IMG/VR virus record: IMGVR_UViG_3300046514_000338
Location: 1-64,000 of that record
Source: a virus
DNA length: 64,000 nucleotides
Direction: 5' to 3' (one strand)
In this document: positions 1 to 8,551 of the stretch, piece after piece
Layout of the letters: the number at the start of each line of letters is the position of its first letter
Numbering within the stretch: position 1 is the first letter of the stretch
Translations under genes and position numbers: made by a program
The notes under the pieces: model-generated
Told to the model about the DNA's origin: nothing
The model's database searches: none
What the model saw: the letters and a program-made list of their open reading frames with translations, nothing else

Positions 1-150
1 AGTTTGAAGATAGTTCATTGATTCTCAGCTACTTATATTCGACTGATTATCAATACATTACAACTGTTTATTATGTAATACAAATCCGACTTTTGGGAAC
101 GCGGAAAGCCCCGGTGGGGCTAAAGGCACTAAACACCTATGGTAGATATA

Positions 151-726
151 TTAATCTAACCTGAATGAAAGGCTGATGAAGGCTATGTCATGAATCAACT
201 CTTCATAGTAACATGCAGATGCGGAGTGGATTGGGTTGAGTGTATTGTAGTCATCGTTTGCAATGATACCAGCGGCAATGAGTAAATCCTGAATTGATTG
301 TTGTTTGTTCACTGTATCTGTTCTGTATCTGTCTTTGAAGTATAGACGAAGTGATAGTGTGGATTTTTTTAGAGGGAACAGTAGGTTACGGTACTGTAGG
401 TTATCTACCCAAAACTTACATTGTTCGTGTAATACTGGCTTCATGCGCTCTACCCAGTTCTGATATTCTTTGTTTGGTCGAACCTTTGATTTGCACATCG
501 TTATTACTTTATTTACCATATCCCATGTTGGTCTTTTACCAGCTTTCCTTGCATATGCGACCCAATTCCTTGCATACTTCCTTACTACAACAGACATTTG
601 ATTATTTTTTTTCGATGGGATTTTTCCTGTGAGCACAAATCTTATGCAGACACTACCGGCACCAAGTTTTTGTTCTTTGAATGGAGGTATAGGAACACCA
701 AAGTATGTTTGGAAACGTTTATTCAT
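151..726 (-). CDS. RusA-like Holliday junction resolvase
   Basis: N-terminal GKIPSKKN and C-terminal RTDTVNKQQSIQDLLIAAGIIANDD resemble the RusA DxDN..K...D.L...G...DD motif. Confidence 0.65.
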   Translation of the reverse strand: MNKRFQTYFGVPIPPFKEQKLGAGSVCIRFVLTGKIPSKKNNQMSVVVRKYARNWVAYARKAGKRPTWDMVNKVITMCKSKVRPNKEYQNWVERMKPVLHEQCKFWVDNLQYRNLLFPLKKSTLSLRLYFKDRYRTDTVNKQQSIQDLLIAAGIIANDDYNTLNPIHSASACYYEELIHDIAFISLSFRLD

Positions 727-749
727 AAAAATATATGTGGTATAGGTGT

Positions 750-1613
750 TTACTGATTGAGTTTATTGTAGTTTTCCTCGAACTTCCATAGCCAATCACG
801 CGCTTGCTTCACCCGGTCATACACTCTTTCGCGCTCAAAATCTGTGAATGGCTCTACTTTGATGCGATTAACACGCAGATAGCATGAGATATGGTCGAAA
901 TTCATACTCCTGTGCATCTTCCCCCACCGTTTTAGGAACTCCGGCGACTCGTCGCTGACGTAACCCCACTGATATGACAGCCTTCGCCTGAAGTCTAGCT
1001 GCATTATTTCCGGCATGCTGACCAAACATCGTGCAACCTCTGCCTCCGGTGCCCCGGTAATGTCACAATAGCCCTTTAGTTGGAACTCATAGCCATTTTC
1101 GAGTGGCTTGTTGAGTTGTTTCAGGAAAATCGGGTAGTCAAATGAGTTTTTTATGTCGGTTATCTTCTCTGCGGCCATTATGTCTGCTCCCTTGAACACA
1201 TCGGGAAGGCCGGAAAGGTATTCGTTGGTTATGCGCTCACCCTCATATTTGCGGTACACCACTCCTTCGACTATAGATAGCAAATTAATGGCATCCTGCT
1301 CTGCTAGGTTGCCCTTTTTTGTCTGCTCTAACTCTAATTCCTTCAACACGGACACCGCACCTTGCGTCTCCCATGCGTAATGTTCCATGAGATAGTCAAT
1401 TGCGGTGTCACCAAATACCACCTTATCCTTGTTGGCTAGTAACGTTTGTAGCCTAGCTACTTCTTCGGCTTGCTTAATGCTAAGTGCTGGCCGTTTCTCT
1501 AAATCTTTAAGGGTAGCGTGTTGCTTTTCGGTTATTTGCTGACCTTCTCTGCCTGTTGTAAGCAATTTTGCGATGGCCGAACACCTGCATTTAAAATTAT
1601 CCCAGTTAATCAT
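750..1613 (-). CDS. YqaJ/lambda-exonuclease-like PD-(D/E)xK nuclease
   Basis: RCSAI, KGNLAE, SGLPDV, DIKNS and YEFQLKGY motifs in the usual order. Confidence 0.75.
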   Translation of the reverse strand: MINWDNFKCRCSAIAKLLTTGREGQQITEKQHATLKDLEKRPALSIKQAEEVARLQTLLANKDKVVFGDTAIDYLMEHYAWETQGAVSVLKELELEQTKKGNLAEQDAINLLSIVEGVVYRKYEGERITNEYLSGLPDVFKGADIMAAEKITDIKNSFDYPIFLKQLNKPLENGYEFQLKGYCDITGAPEAEVARCLVSMPEIMQLDFRRRLSYQWGYVSDESPEFLKRWGKMHRSMNFDHISCYLRVNRIKVEPFTDFERERVYDRVKQARDWLWKFEENYNKLNQ

Positions 1614-1813
1614 CGCCTTTTATTGGTTGGGTAACGAAATTTTTTTATTCTGAACGGTGTTTCAAATGGAAGTTTTGCGTCCCCGGACAAAAACATTAAC
1701 CTATCGTACGCCTGTTGCCTCACCTCAAAATGGGGGCAATAAACCAATATCGTTTCAAGCGTAGCCAATAATTCAGCTTTTAACATCAAATATTCGCCTC
1801 TCCCCGCTGTCAT
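1610..1813 (-). CDS. hypothetical protein
   Basis: ATGA overlap with the downstream gene in a leftward operon. Confidence 0.6.
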   Translation of the reverse strand: MTAGRGEYLMLKAELLATLETILVYCPHFEVRQQAYDRLMFLSGDAKLPFETPFRIKKFRYPTNKRR

Positions 1814-1818
1814 TGTTT

Positions 1819-2061
1819 CTACTTTTTTAGTTTTAATGCGGTGAAAAATGCGTCAATCTCATTGGCAATATCAAATAGGTCTGGTTTGGTCATGTTGTTT
1901 GCGTTAGCATCTGCCACTATTTTCCACCCATGCTGACGAATTAATCCTGACCATCTTTCTTGTAGCAACGTTAACTCATCTTGTTTTTCAACTGCCCGTA
2001 ATTGTAGCGGCTGATTAAATAATTGTTGTTCTGCGTATTTATCGAATTGGTCGTTTTTCAT
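1819..2061 (-). CDS. hypothetical protein
   Basis: Tightly packed ORF with ATGA coupling. Confidence 0.65.
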   Translation of the reverse strand: MKNDQFDKYAEQQLFNQPLQLRAVEKQDELTLLQERWSGLIRQHGWKIVADANANNMTKPDLFDIANEIDAFFTALKLKK

Positions 2062-2414
2062 GGTGTTATTTTTTCGAGTTCACGCAACCTTCTGTTGTAT
2101 GCTTCCTGAATGCGGGCATCAGATGGAGCGACGATGCGGTATGTTTTTAATTGATTAACTCCTTCAAAGGCGACACATTTGTTTATCTGTTCGATAATCA
2201 TGTCTGCGGTATCGGGAGATGACATTTGCACCTTTGTATTGTACGCCGTTGGTTCAGGAGCCGTAGGTATCGCTGCGAACACAAGTTCCTTTAGCTGCTC
2301 AATAACCTTTAATGGGTCTTCACCTTCCTCTACTTCGGCCTTGAAGCCTCCCCTTACCCAATAGGAAGGGGAAACCTCAACTGATATGCCGAAATGTGCT
2401 TCATTTACTTTCAT
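2058..2414 (-). CDS. hypothetical protein
   Basis: Coupled to neighbours at both ends. Confidence 0.7.
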   Translation of the reverse strand: MKVNEAHFGISVEVSPSYWVRGGFKAEVEEGEDPLKVIEQLKELVFAAIPTAPEPTAYNTKVQMSSPDTADMIIEQINKCVAFEGVNQLKTYRIVAPSDARIQEAYNRRLRELEKITP

Positions 2415-2620
2415 GGTTGGTCTGCAATTTTTTGTTTGGCCGTTTTGTTCGCCCCGGTAACCACCTTACTATTCGTGATAAGGGAATTAAGTATTGTAGC
2501 CTTTGCCATCTCTAGTACGCCAAGTACCTCATGACTGCTACAATTGAATTGATTTATTTCTACCCCTATATTGCTACCTTCCATTGTAATGATTAATTCG
2601 ATACGCTTATCCTGTGACAT
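2411..2620 (-). CDS. hypothetical protein
   Basis: A-rich start context and coupled stop. Confidence 0.65.
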   Translation of the reverse strand: MSQDKRIELIITMEGSNIGVEINQFNCSSHEVLGVLEMAKATILNSLITNSKVVTGANKTAKQKIADQP

Positions 2621-2651
2621 TTTTATTTATTAAATAGTTAATGAAAATTGT

Positions 2652-2909
2652 TTACGATGTGGTTCTTTCTTCATGCAGTCTGCTAATAATAGCCCTTGTT
2701 TTTTCGTAATCAGCTATTGCATCGGCCATCTCCTTCGGGCTTTTACCATCCATTACCTCTTTTGTGAGAGCAAGAATACACATGCTGCAAATTTTATGAA
2801 ACGCTCTGTCTGATTTGGCAATATCGTATTCTTCTATCGCTTCTTTAAGAGACGCAATAATAGCTTCTTTTGGCAATGACCCCCCTAGGATGAGTGCTAT
2901 ATCTATCAT
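2652..2909 (-). CDS. hypothetical protein
   Basis: Operon packing. Confidence 0.65.
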   Translation of the reverse strand: MIDIALILGGSLPKEAIIASLKEAIEEYDIAKSDRAFHKICSMCILALTKEVMDGKSPKEMADAIADYEKTRAIISRLHEERTTS

Positions 2910-3115
2910 GGTGTTTTAAGTTTTTCAAGTTCAATAATTAGTTCAGTTAGTTCATAGGCGATGGCGGTGACACATAATCCCTGCGCATCTTTTGGAACAG
3001 GCAGGCGAGACTTAACGACACGAATGCAATGTTCGATGCCGACATTTTTTGCTTCGTTTAAACTTTTCGTGAGCGTGTCACCGAATATTACGTCCCAAGA
3101 TTTATCTTCCGGCAT
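2906..3115 (-). CDS. hypothetical protein
   Basis: Operon packing. Confidence 0.6.
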   Translation of the reverse strand: MPEDKSWDVIFGDTLTKSLNEAKNVGIEHCIRVVKSRLPVPKDAQGLCVTAIAYELTELIIELEKLKTP

Positions 3116-3126
3116 TGTGGTTGTGT

Positions 3127-3546
3127 TTAAAGGTTAGCAAGAATGTCAGCGGCCTCGTTGATTTTACTTAGCGCCAACTTAATCCTGTCGGGTAGCCCGG
3201 ATAGATACGACATGGTATTGTTTGCCGGCGCTGCGCTTGGTGCTGCCGCCTTTGGCTTTGTTGGACCCTGTGGCGCATGATTGTTGTTGGCAAACTTGGC
3301 GTAATTCCTCCGCACACCTTTTTTCCTGCCGAATCCTTTTGCTTTTGCAAGCCACAAATAAATACTAGATGGTGTCACCTTGTATAATGAGGCAAGTGTT
3401 GCAACGGCATCTCCGTCTTTTACGCGGGCGATGATTTCTTTTTTCAATTCCTTTGGATAGGTGATGTGTGGAACACCCAATCTAGGTGACTTATTTACTG
3501 TGGGGTCTGTCGTTTCTGTGACAAGACCATTTTCTGCTTGTTTCAT
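3127..3546 (-). CDS. helix-turn-helix DNA-binding protein (HTH_Tnp_1-like, no transposase domain)
   Basis: YPKELKKEIIARVKDGDAVATLASLYKVTPSSIYLW followed by a low-complexity tail. Confidence 0.65.
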   Translation of the reverse strand: MKQAENGLVTETTDPTVNKSPRLGVPHITYPKELKKEIIARVKDGDAVATLASLYKVTPSSIYLWLAKAKGFGRKKGVRRNYAKFANNNHAPQGPTKPKAAAPSAAPANNTMSYLSGLPDRIKLALSKINEAADILANL

Positions 3547-3713
3547 GATTTGATTTTTATTTTTTGATTGTTTGAATGAGCGGGTTTGCTTTTATGTACA
3601 GCCGATTCGAGCAAAATCTTTACCATTTCGCTGAAACTTCTTCTCTCTTTTTCGGCTAATTTGTTGATTTCGTCGATTGTCTTATTGGTTAGGCTAGCTG
3701 AAATCTGTGGCAT
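3543..3713 (-). CDS. ribbon-helix-helix (CopG/Arc-like) regulator
   Basis: QISASLTNKTIDEINKLAEKERRSFSEMVKILLE; start moved to ATG 3713 because the GTG at 3731 abuts the promoter -7 box. Confidence 0.75.
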   Translation of the reverse strand: MPQISASLTNKTIDEINKLAEKERRSFSEMVKILLESAVHKSKPAHSNNQKIKIKS

Positions 3714-3732
3714 AATGTTACGGTATTTCACA

Positions 3733-3765
3733 CTAAGGTAAGGTACTTAGCCCGGTACTTCCAAA
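3733..3765 (-). promoter_or_regulatory. Bacteroidota-type sigma promoter with GGTACTT direct repeats in the spacer
   Basis: Minus strand TTTG-N21-TACCTTAG. Confidence 0.7.
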
Positions 3766-3806
3766 TATTTCTTTAATTATTTTTAAAAAAGGCTGAAAAT
3801 AGTAAA

Positions 3807-3916
3807 GTGATTGGCGCTTATTTGCTACCCCGGCGCACTTTCAACGCAACTATAAGAGGTGATGAGCCTCTTTGCTTTTCCTTTCTATTAAGCTACGGGG
3901 ATGCAACACCAACCAC
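3807..3916 (-). ncRNA. candidate rod-shaped structured RNA (~110 nt)
   Basis: GUGGUUGGUG/CGCCAAUCAC closing stem with G-U pairs only on the minus strand; UUGC..CCCCG/CGGGG..GCAA stem; apical AGAGG/CCUCU hairpin. Confidence 0.45.
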
Positions 3917-3960
3917 TCCTTTCCCGAATGGGCATCAAAAACATTTATTTCATTAGCAAT

Positions 3961-4314
3961 TTAGGTACAAATTTCTGTTTTTAATTGGTAGTGGCTAGCT
4001 AAATCAATCATCATTTTTGTTCCCTTGCTTTGACCATCCCAAAAGCAGACACAGTGGGTTGCGTATTCCGCCATCTGTTTATTCCTAATATACCCCGCCT
4101 GCTTCCCGTATAGTTTCCATTCTGCGGGGAATCTTGTAATACCATATCCACTATCATCTGCATACCGCTCTCCTAGCTTATCGGCACCGTTGGCGCAACC
4201 ACTAACAATTTCAACTTGCAGCACTCCGCGATGCCTCTCAATGAAACTATCGCAGTAAGATTTCAATAATCCGTAATCATTAAACGTCCGTGAACCCGCA
4301 ATAATTAATCGCAT
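3961..4314 (-). CDS. SLOG-family protein (DUF2493/YspA-like)
   Basis: IIAGSR, IVSGCANGADKLGERYA, AGYIRNKQM and FWDGQSKGTKMM motifs. Confidence 0.85.
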   Translation of the reverse strand: MRLIIAGSRTFNDYGLLKSYCDSFIERHRGVLQVEIVSGCANGADKLGERYADDSGYGITRFPAEWKLYGKQAGYIRNKQMAEYATHCVCFWDGQSKGTKMMIDLASHYQLKTEICT

Positions 4315-4788
4315 ACAGCAAACTTACAAAAACCTTACGCAGGTGTTCCCGCTTCTTGGTTAAATCCATATTCACACACCTAGCCTCTAGCGGAAGACCC
4401 CGCCCGGATTTTGGGGGGCGGCCACGAAGGGTTTCGTAAACCTCAGAACCGGGTGGCTCTATTTCCTTTGCCCCAATTGTCAGCTTGTTTGCTTGTCCTG
4501 CCTTGTCCGGTTTATGGTTATTGGGTAAACTGTTATCTGATGGTTGCCCTAGTTGTTGTTAACCCTCCTATATTGGCTCTGTGGCTCGTGTAGCTGGCTA
4601 AATTTGGGAGTTGTGGCCTTGTGTGGTCTGTTGTCCTGTTTACTGCCATCCTGAACGGGAGCGGGAGATATTGGCCGCGCCCTAGTGTGTTGTGTTTTGC
4701 GACAACATTGGAACCCGGCAAAGATTTTTTTACAATTCATACATGTTTTGTGAGATGTGAATGTAGCTAGATAATACAGATACTATAT

Positions 4789-4838
4789 AATAAACGTTTA
4801 TTTATTTTTGGCATAAACGTTTATTTCGTTTACTTTTA
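4789..4838 (+). promoter_or_regulatory. promoter with two ATAAACGTTTAT palindromic operator candidates
   Basis: Palindromes at 4789-4802 and 4813-4824; TTTG-N20-TACTTTTA. Confidence 0.6.
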
Positions 4839-4842
4839 ATTT

Positions 4843-5115
4843 ATGAAATGCTTAGAGTGTAACAAAGAGGTTAAGCAGACCCCCGGAAAACGCGAAAAGC
4901 AGTTTTGCGGTTCTAGCTGCCGGTCTAATTTTTGGCAAAAGGCTAAAAGAAAAATAGCGGCCAACAATAAGCCCGAAAATAAAAAGCGTATTCAAAAAGA
5001 AAGAGACGCTCCGGTTAATAAGAATCAAATTCCACAACCGCGTCTACTATCAGATATGGAGGCCGAATTTCAATCACTTTTAAAATCAAACAAAAATGGG
5101 AAAAGTTCCAGATGA
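4843..5115 (+). CDS. zinc-finger DNA-binding-like protein
   Basis: CLEC...FCGSSCR followed by a basic helix. Confidence 0.65.
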   Translation: MKCLECNKEVKQTPGKREKQFCGSSCRSNFWQKAKRKIAANNKPENKKRIQKERDAPVNKNQIPQPRLLSDMEAEFQSLLKSNKNGKSSR

Positions 5116-5380
5116 AGCATACAACCAAAACTGGGTTTCGCTGCTTAATATCTTTAAAAAAATAAATCGTCACGAAGTCGGAGCGAAAGAAAAATACTTA
5201 TCGTTAATCGAACTTGCAAAGACGAAGTTATTAACGCCACACCAAATAGACGGTATTCTTGGCCGCTGCCAATATCAAATTAGCCTTATTGATAACCCCG
5301 AACAAGAGCCGTGGTCAAATATGGAGAAAGCAGAAAAACGCTTAACCCTACCAAAGGAACAATCAAACGGCAAGCAATGA
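5096..5380 (+). CDS. hypothetical protein
   Basis: Overlap-coupled ORF in a short rightward operon. Confidence 0.65.
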   Translation: MGKVPDEAYNQNWVSLLNIFKKINRHEVGAKEKYLSLIELAKTKLLTPHQIDGILGRCQYQISLIDNPEQEPWSNMEKAEKRLTLPKEQSNGKQ

Positions 5381-5673
5381 AAAAAATAATCCTACTATTC
5401 CTTCTTCTATCCTGCAATAAACCGCAAAGCCGTGTTGCTAGTTGCGATGATGTAATGCTAGTCAGAGATGTTCGCGCTTGGGGTTATAACGGTTTATCTG
5501 GTTACATTTGGCTGAGATTAGATACCATGTGGCGAGACCAAAATGCTTGCGGGAGTGTGCTTGATAGTATGCTGGCCTTACCGCTTAGTTATGATTATGT
5601 AAGCGGGGATAGTTCTGGGTATCGGTGGAACTTAACTTATAGAATGGTATTTAAAATCAATTATGTGCCATGA
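5377..5673 (+). CDS. putative lipoprotein
   Basis: Start at the ATGA overlap gives MKKIILLFLLLS-C, a signal peptidase II-type signal. Confidence 0.65.
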   Translation: MKKIILLFLLLSCNKPQSRVASCDDVMLVRDVRAWGYNGLSGYIWLRLDTMWRDQNACGSVLDSMLALPLSYDYVSGDSSGYRWNLTYRMVFKINYVP

Positions 5674-5972
5674 AAATAGACCCCAAACAATATTTGCCAC
5701 ACATGAACAAACCCGTAAAGGTGTTTACTATCTACGGCGAAGAACGAAACGCTATATACGGCGGCTTCCCGATGGCAGGATTTTTAGCTACCGACTGTAC
5801 CCATCCAATGCAAAATTGTAATCTTAGTGGAATTATAAATCATTGGGAGTATGTGAATATGGAGGATGAATTAGATTGTTTATTTGTAGTAAATCACGTA
5901 CATCATTATTTTGAAGGGCAGAAAATCTTAGACCAAATACAACAAAAATATTGGTGGCAATTTTGGAAATAA
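5670..5972 (+). CDS. hypothetical protein
   Basis: ATGA-coupled; ends KYWWQFWK. Confidence 0.6.
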   Translation: MKIDPKQYLPHMNKPVKVFTIYGEERNAIYGGFPMAGFLATDCTHPMQNCNLSGIINHWEYVNMEDELDCLFVVNHVHHYFEGQKILDQIQQKYWWQFWK

Positions 5973-6046
5973 AAATATAGAATGGTTTTTAAAATAAACT
6001 ACGTGCCGTGAATTGTGATTGTGTTATTTCTTTAGTTGAGTTGAAA

Positions 6047-6247
6047 CTATGTGTAAGTAATGGCTTGAAGACGTTTAAGCAAGGAAATAATTTGTTTATT
6101 ATCCTCAATCGCCTTTTCTTGCAGTTCTATTAATTTTTTTTGCTCGCTTAATAATAACCTCTGAATGGCTACTAATTTTTTAGCCATACGCAAACTATAA
6201 AACAGATAGACAATAATCATCCATATTATAATAATAGTTACCCACAT
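6047..6247 (-). CDS. small membrane-anchored coiled-coil protein
   Basis: N-terminal hydrophobic helix followed by a heptad pattern. Confidence 0.6.
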   Translation of the reverse strand: MWVTIIIIWMIIVYLFYSLRMAKKLVAIQRLLLSEQKKLIELQEKAIEDNKQIISLLKRLQAITYT

Positions 6248-6250
6248 TGT

Positions 6251-6454
6251 TTATTTCTTTAGTTGATTGAGTTTGGAAATTAATTGGTAGCTATCTATCA
6301 ACCAATAATCATCTTTTAAGCCATGATTTAAACTATAAAGTTTCATTTTATTGATTATTATTAATGCGTCAGTGATAGCTAGGTTATAGGTACTCTTACA
6401 CATTCCAGATACTATACCCTTATCGTCTATTATGGGATTGTCTTGGGGTGTCAT
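6251..6454 (-). CDS. hypothetical protein
   Basis: Operon packing. Confidence 0.6.
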   Translation of the reverse strand: MTPQDNPIIDDKGIVSGMCKSTYNLAITDALIIINKMKLYSLNHGLKDDYWLIDSYQLISKLNQLKK

Positions 6455-6627
6455 GGTTGGGGGATTTTTGATTTACGTTTTCTATTTCGTCTTTTCATTT
6501 TCTGAATCTCTTGTGAACGATGCTTTCCAGATTTCGGTGGTGTACGGCCTACCCAATGTTCTGACATAGAAGCAAGTTTAAGTTGGGTTGGCTTTTTGTC
6601 CTTAATTCTTTTTGCTGTCTTGCTCAT
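6451..6627 (-). CDS. small very basic protein (58 aa, below the ORF-track cutoff)
   Basis: Manual translation MSKTAKRIKDKKPTQLKLASMSEHWVGRTPPKSGKHRSQEIQKMKRRNRKRKSKIPQP fills the gap exactly. Confidence 0.6.
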   Translation of the reverse strand: MSKTAKRIKDKKPTQLKLASMSEHWVGRTPPKSGKHRSQEIQKMKRRNRKRKSKIPQP

Positions 6628-6632
6628 ACTCT

Positions 6633-6938
6633 TTATATTTTAGATTGGTTGTTTAATGATTCAATGTATTGTTGGTAGAGGTCATCATCTGAAATAATTT
6701 CATTTTCTATTCTTCCTTTTGTTGGCCTCATACCTTCCCACGCATCTTTCCATATTGGACGGTATATAACATCAATCCTACCTAATACCCATCTACAAAA
6801 ATCCATCGTAACCCCTTTAGCATATTCGTCCATTGATTCAATAATGTCTTTCTTACTCCCCTCAACTAAATCTGTTTCCTCTTTATTTGTGTAATAAACC
6901 AAATTCATTTTGTTAAGTATATCCTCTGCACTTGTCAT
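6633..6938 (-). CDS. hypothetical protein, paralog of 6935-7180
   Basis: Shares I.E.MDEYAK.V...F..W and L..QY...LN.QSK with its neighbour. Confidence 0.7.
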   Translation of the reverse strand: MTSAEDILNKMNLVYYTNKEETDLVEGSKKDIIESMDEYAKGVTMDFCRWVLGRIDVIYRPIWKDAWEGMRPTKGRIENEIISDDDLYQQYIESLNNQSKI

Positions 6939-7180
6939 TTAGATTGGTTTAGGTGTTGGAGATATTGGTTGAATAATTGTTCGGTGGTATATGTCTTTTC
7001 GTAAAAAATTCCAATGTACCATACATCTCCGAATGAACTTGCTTCTTTGACATTGTTTTGCCCCATCCATCCAGCAAACCCAACAGCCACTTCTTTAGCA
7101 TATTCATCCATTGCTTCAAGAATATATTTCATTGGCATTTGGCGAACTCCGAACCTATTAATTATTTCGGTCTTTGTCAT
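6935..7180 (-). CDS. hypothetical protein, paralog of 6633-6938
   Basis: Same shared motifs as 6633-6938. Confidence 0.7.
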   Translation of the reverse strand: MTKTEIINRFGVRQMPMKYILEAMDEYAKEVAVGFAGWMGQNNVKEASSFGDVWYIGIFYEKTYTTEQLFNQYLQHLNQSK

Positions 7181-8481
7181 TTCAATGAGTTTTTGTAGTC
7201 TTTAAAAGTTTTGTATCTATCTATTACACCACGATATTCTAATGGATTTGATGTAATTGGGGACATTTGCCTTTCTCTTGCTGCATTAAAGGCTTTCTCC
7301 AAATCTTCATTGTACTTCCAAGCTGACATATAGGTGTACCCGTCCTTATCCCAAACAACAATGTTTTCACCATTCAATACTCTTTCAATGGCGGATTTGA
7401 TTAATGGGAATTTTTCTTTTGGGATATTGCAATCGTTTTCTGTATAAAATAGATACTGCCACCTGTTTCTGGGCCAACTAACGAAACTTCCCGCCCTATC
7501 AAATTCTACCAATTCCGTCACTTCAATTCTTTCTTTACTATCTGCTGTATTGGATGACCGTCTTAATTTATGAAGTTCGGCTAATTCTTTTTCTGATTGT
7601 TCCATTGCATCAATGGTTGCTTTTCTTGATTTTTCTAACTCTGCCGTGAGATCGTTCATTCGTTGGAATATATTATTGGATGGTTGCTTGGATTTAATGA
7701 AATCGTCAATATCTTTTTGGGTAGCCACTACTCCTGTCATACTACCAAGAAATTCTTCAACCAACGCCATCGTCCATTCAAAGGGTGTTTCTTTCTCAAC
7801 ATCAATAGCTACCCCGACTGGCCTTTCCTTGCTTTTTATCCTTGATGCCATATCTGCCGATATACATTTTTCCACTTCTCTTATTGCTGCGGCGCAATCA
7901 AAATTTTGCTCCTTAACCATTTTATTCTTTAACCTAATTACCAATTCAATCAATTCATCCCACGTTGTTTCTTTCTTTGGTTCTTGTTTGTTGGACGGAA
8001 TATGTTTTGGATTTTTGCGTATATACTGTAATTCATAGCTGCCTGCGCTATTCCCATGTTGTAGATAATGCGCAAATATTCTATCCCCCACTATTGCAAA
8101 CTTTTCTATTGGCTGCACTACATCAAAAGATGGATAATCCTCTAAACAAACACTATCTCCAATATTAAACACTTCCCTGTCTGATAGGCGACGAACAGCA
8201 TAAATACTATCACTCCCGCTAGGTAACATATCCGTGTACCAAATGTTGCCACGCTCATCCATTGCGCCAACTATCTCCCATTCTTTTTTGAGTGGTTCTT
8301 CAATGAGTTGGAACCAATTTGGATTATTTTCAACGTATTTTTTCATGTAACACGAATATGGTTCACAATAATTGATGGCCTCTGATTCGGTTTTATACTT
8401 ATACCTTTTGTTATCATACACAAATATTGTCCCCTTTTCATGGTCGGGCAAATCCTTTAATAGTTTGTATCGCTTACTCAT
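7177..8481 (-). CDS. mosaic hypothetical protein with a UvrB/C-like hairpin segment
   Basis: Long ORF; RLKNKMVKEQNFDCAAAIRE resembles the UVR motif; lies just downstream of a promoter. Confidence 0.7.
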   Translation of the reverse strand: MSKRYKLLKDLPDHEKGTIFVYDNKRYKYKTESEAINYCEPYSCYMKKYVENNPNWFQLIEEPLKKEWEIVGAMDERGNIWYTDMLPSGSDSIYAVRRLSDREVFNIGDSVCLEDYPSFDVVQPIEKFAIVGDRIFAHYLQHGNSAGSYELQYIRKNPKHIPSNKQEPKKETTWDELIELVIRLKNKMVKEQNFDCAAAIREVEKCISADMASRIKSKERPVGVAIDVEKETPFEWTMALVEEFLGSMTGVVATQKDIDDFIKSKQPSNNIFQRMNDLTAELEKSRKATIDAMEQSEKELAELHKLRRSSNTADSKERIEVTELVEFDRAGSFVSWPRNRWQYLFYTENDCNIPKEKFPLIKSAIERVLNGENIVVWDKDGYTYMSAWKYNEDLEKAFNAARERQMSPITSNPLEYRGVIDRYKTFKDYKNSLK

Positions 8482-8498
8482 AAACAAATAATATTACA

Positions 8499-8531
8499 CT
8501 AAGGTACGGTAATGTAATATTATATTCCAAA
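8499..8531 (-). promoter_or_regulatory. Bacteroidota-type promoter
   Basis: TTTG-N21-TACCTTAG, same boxes as 3733-3765; ATATTACA/TGTAATAT inverted repeat around the -7 box. Confidence 0.7.
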
Positions 8532-8551
8532 TTTATTTTTTACCAAGCCGG

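Noticed and set aside
3127-3546. IS3-family transposase
   Set aside because: Only an HTH is present, with no DDE orfB or terminal inverted repeats
4411-4740. Three short overlapping ORFs in the 4.3-4.8 kb gap
   Set aside because: Atypical composition, mutually overlapping and no recognisable motifs
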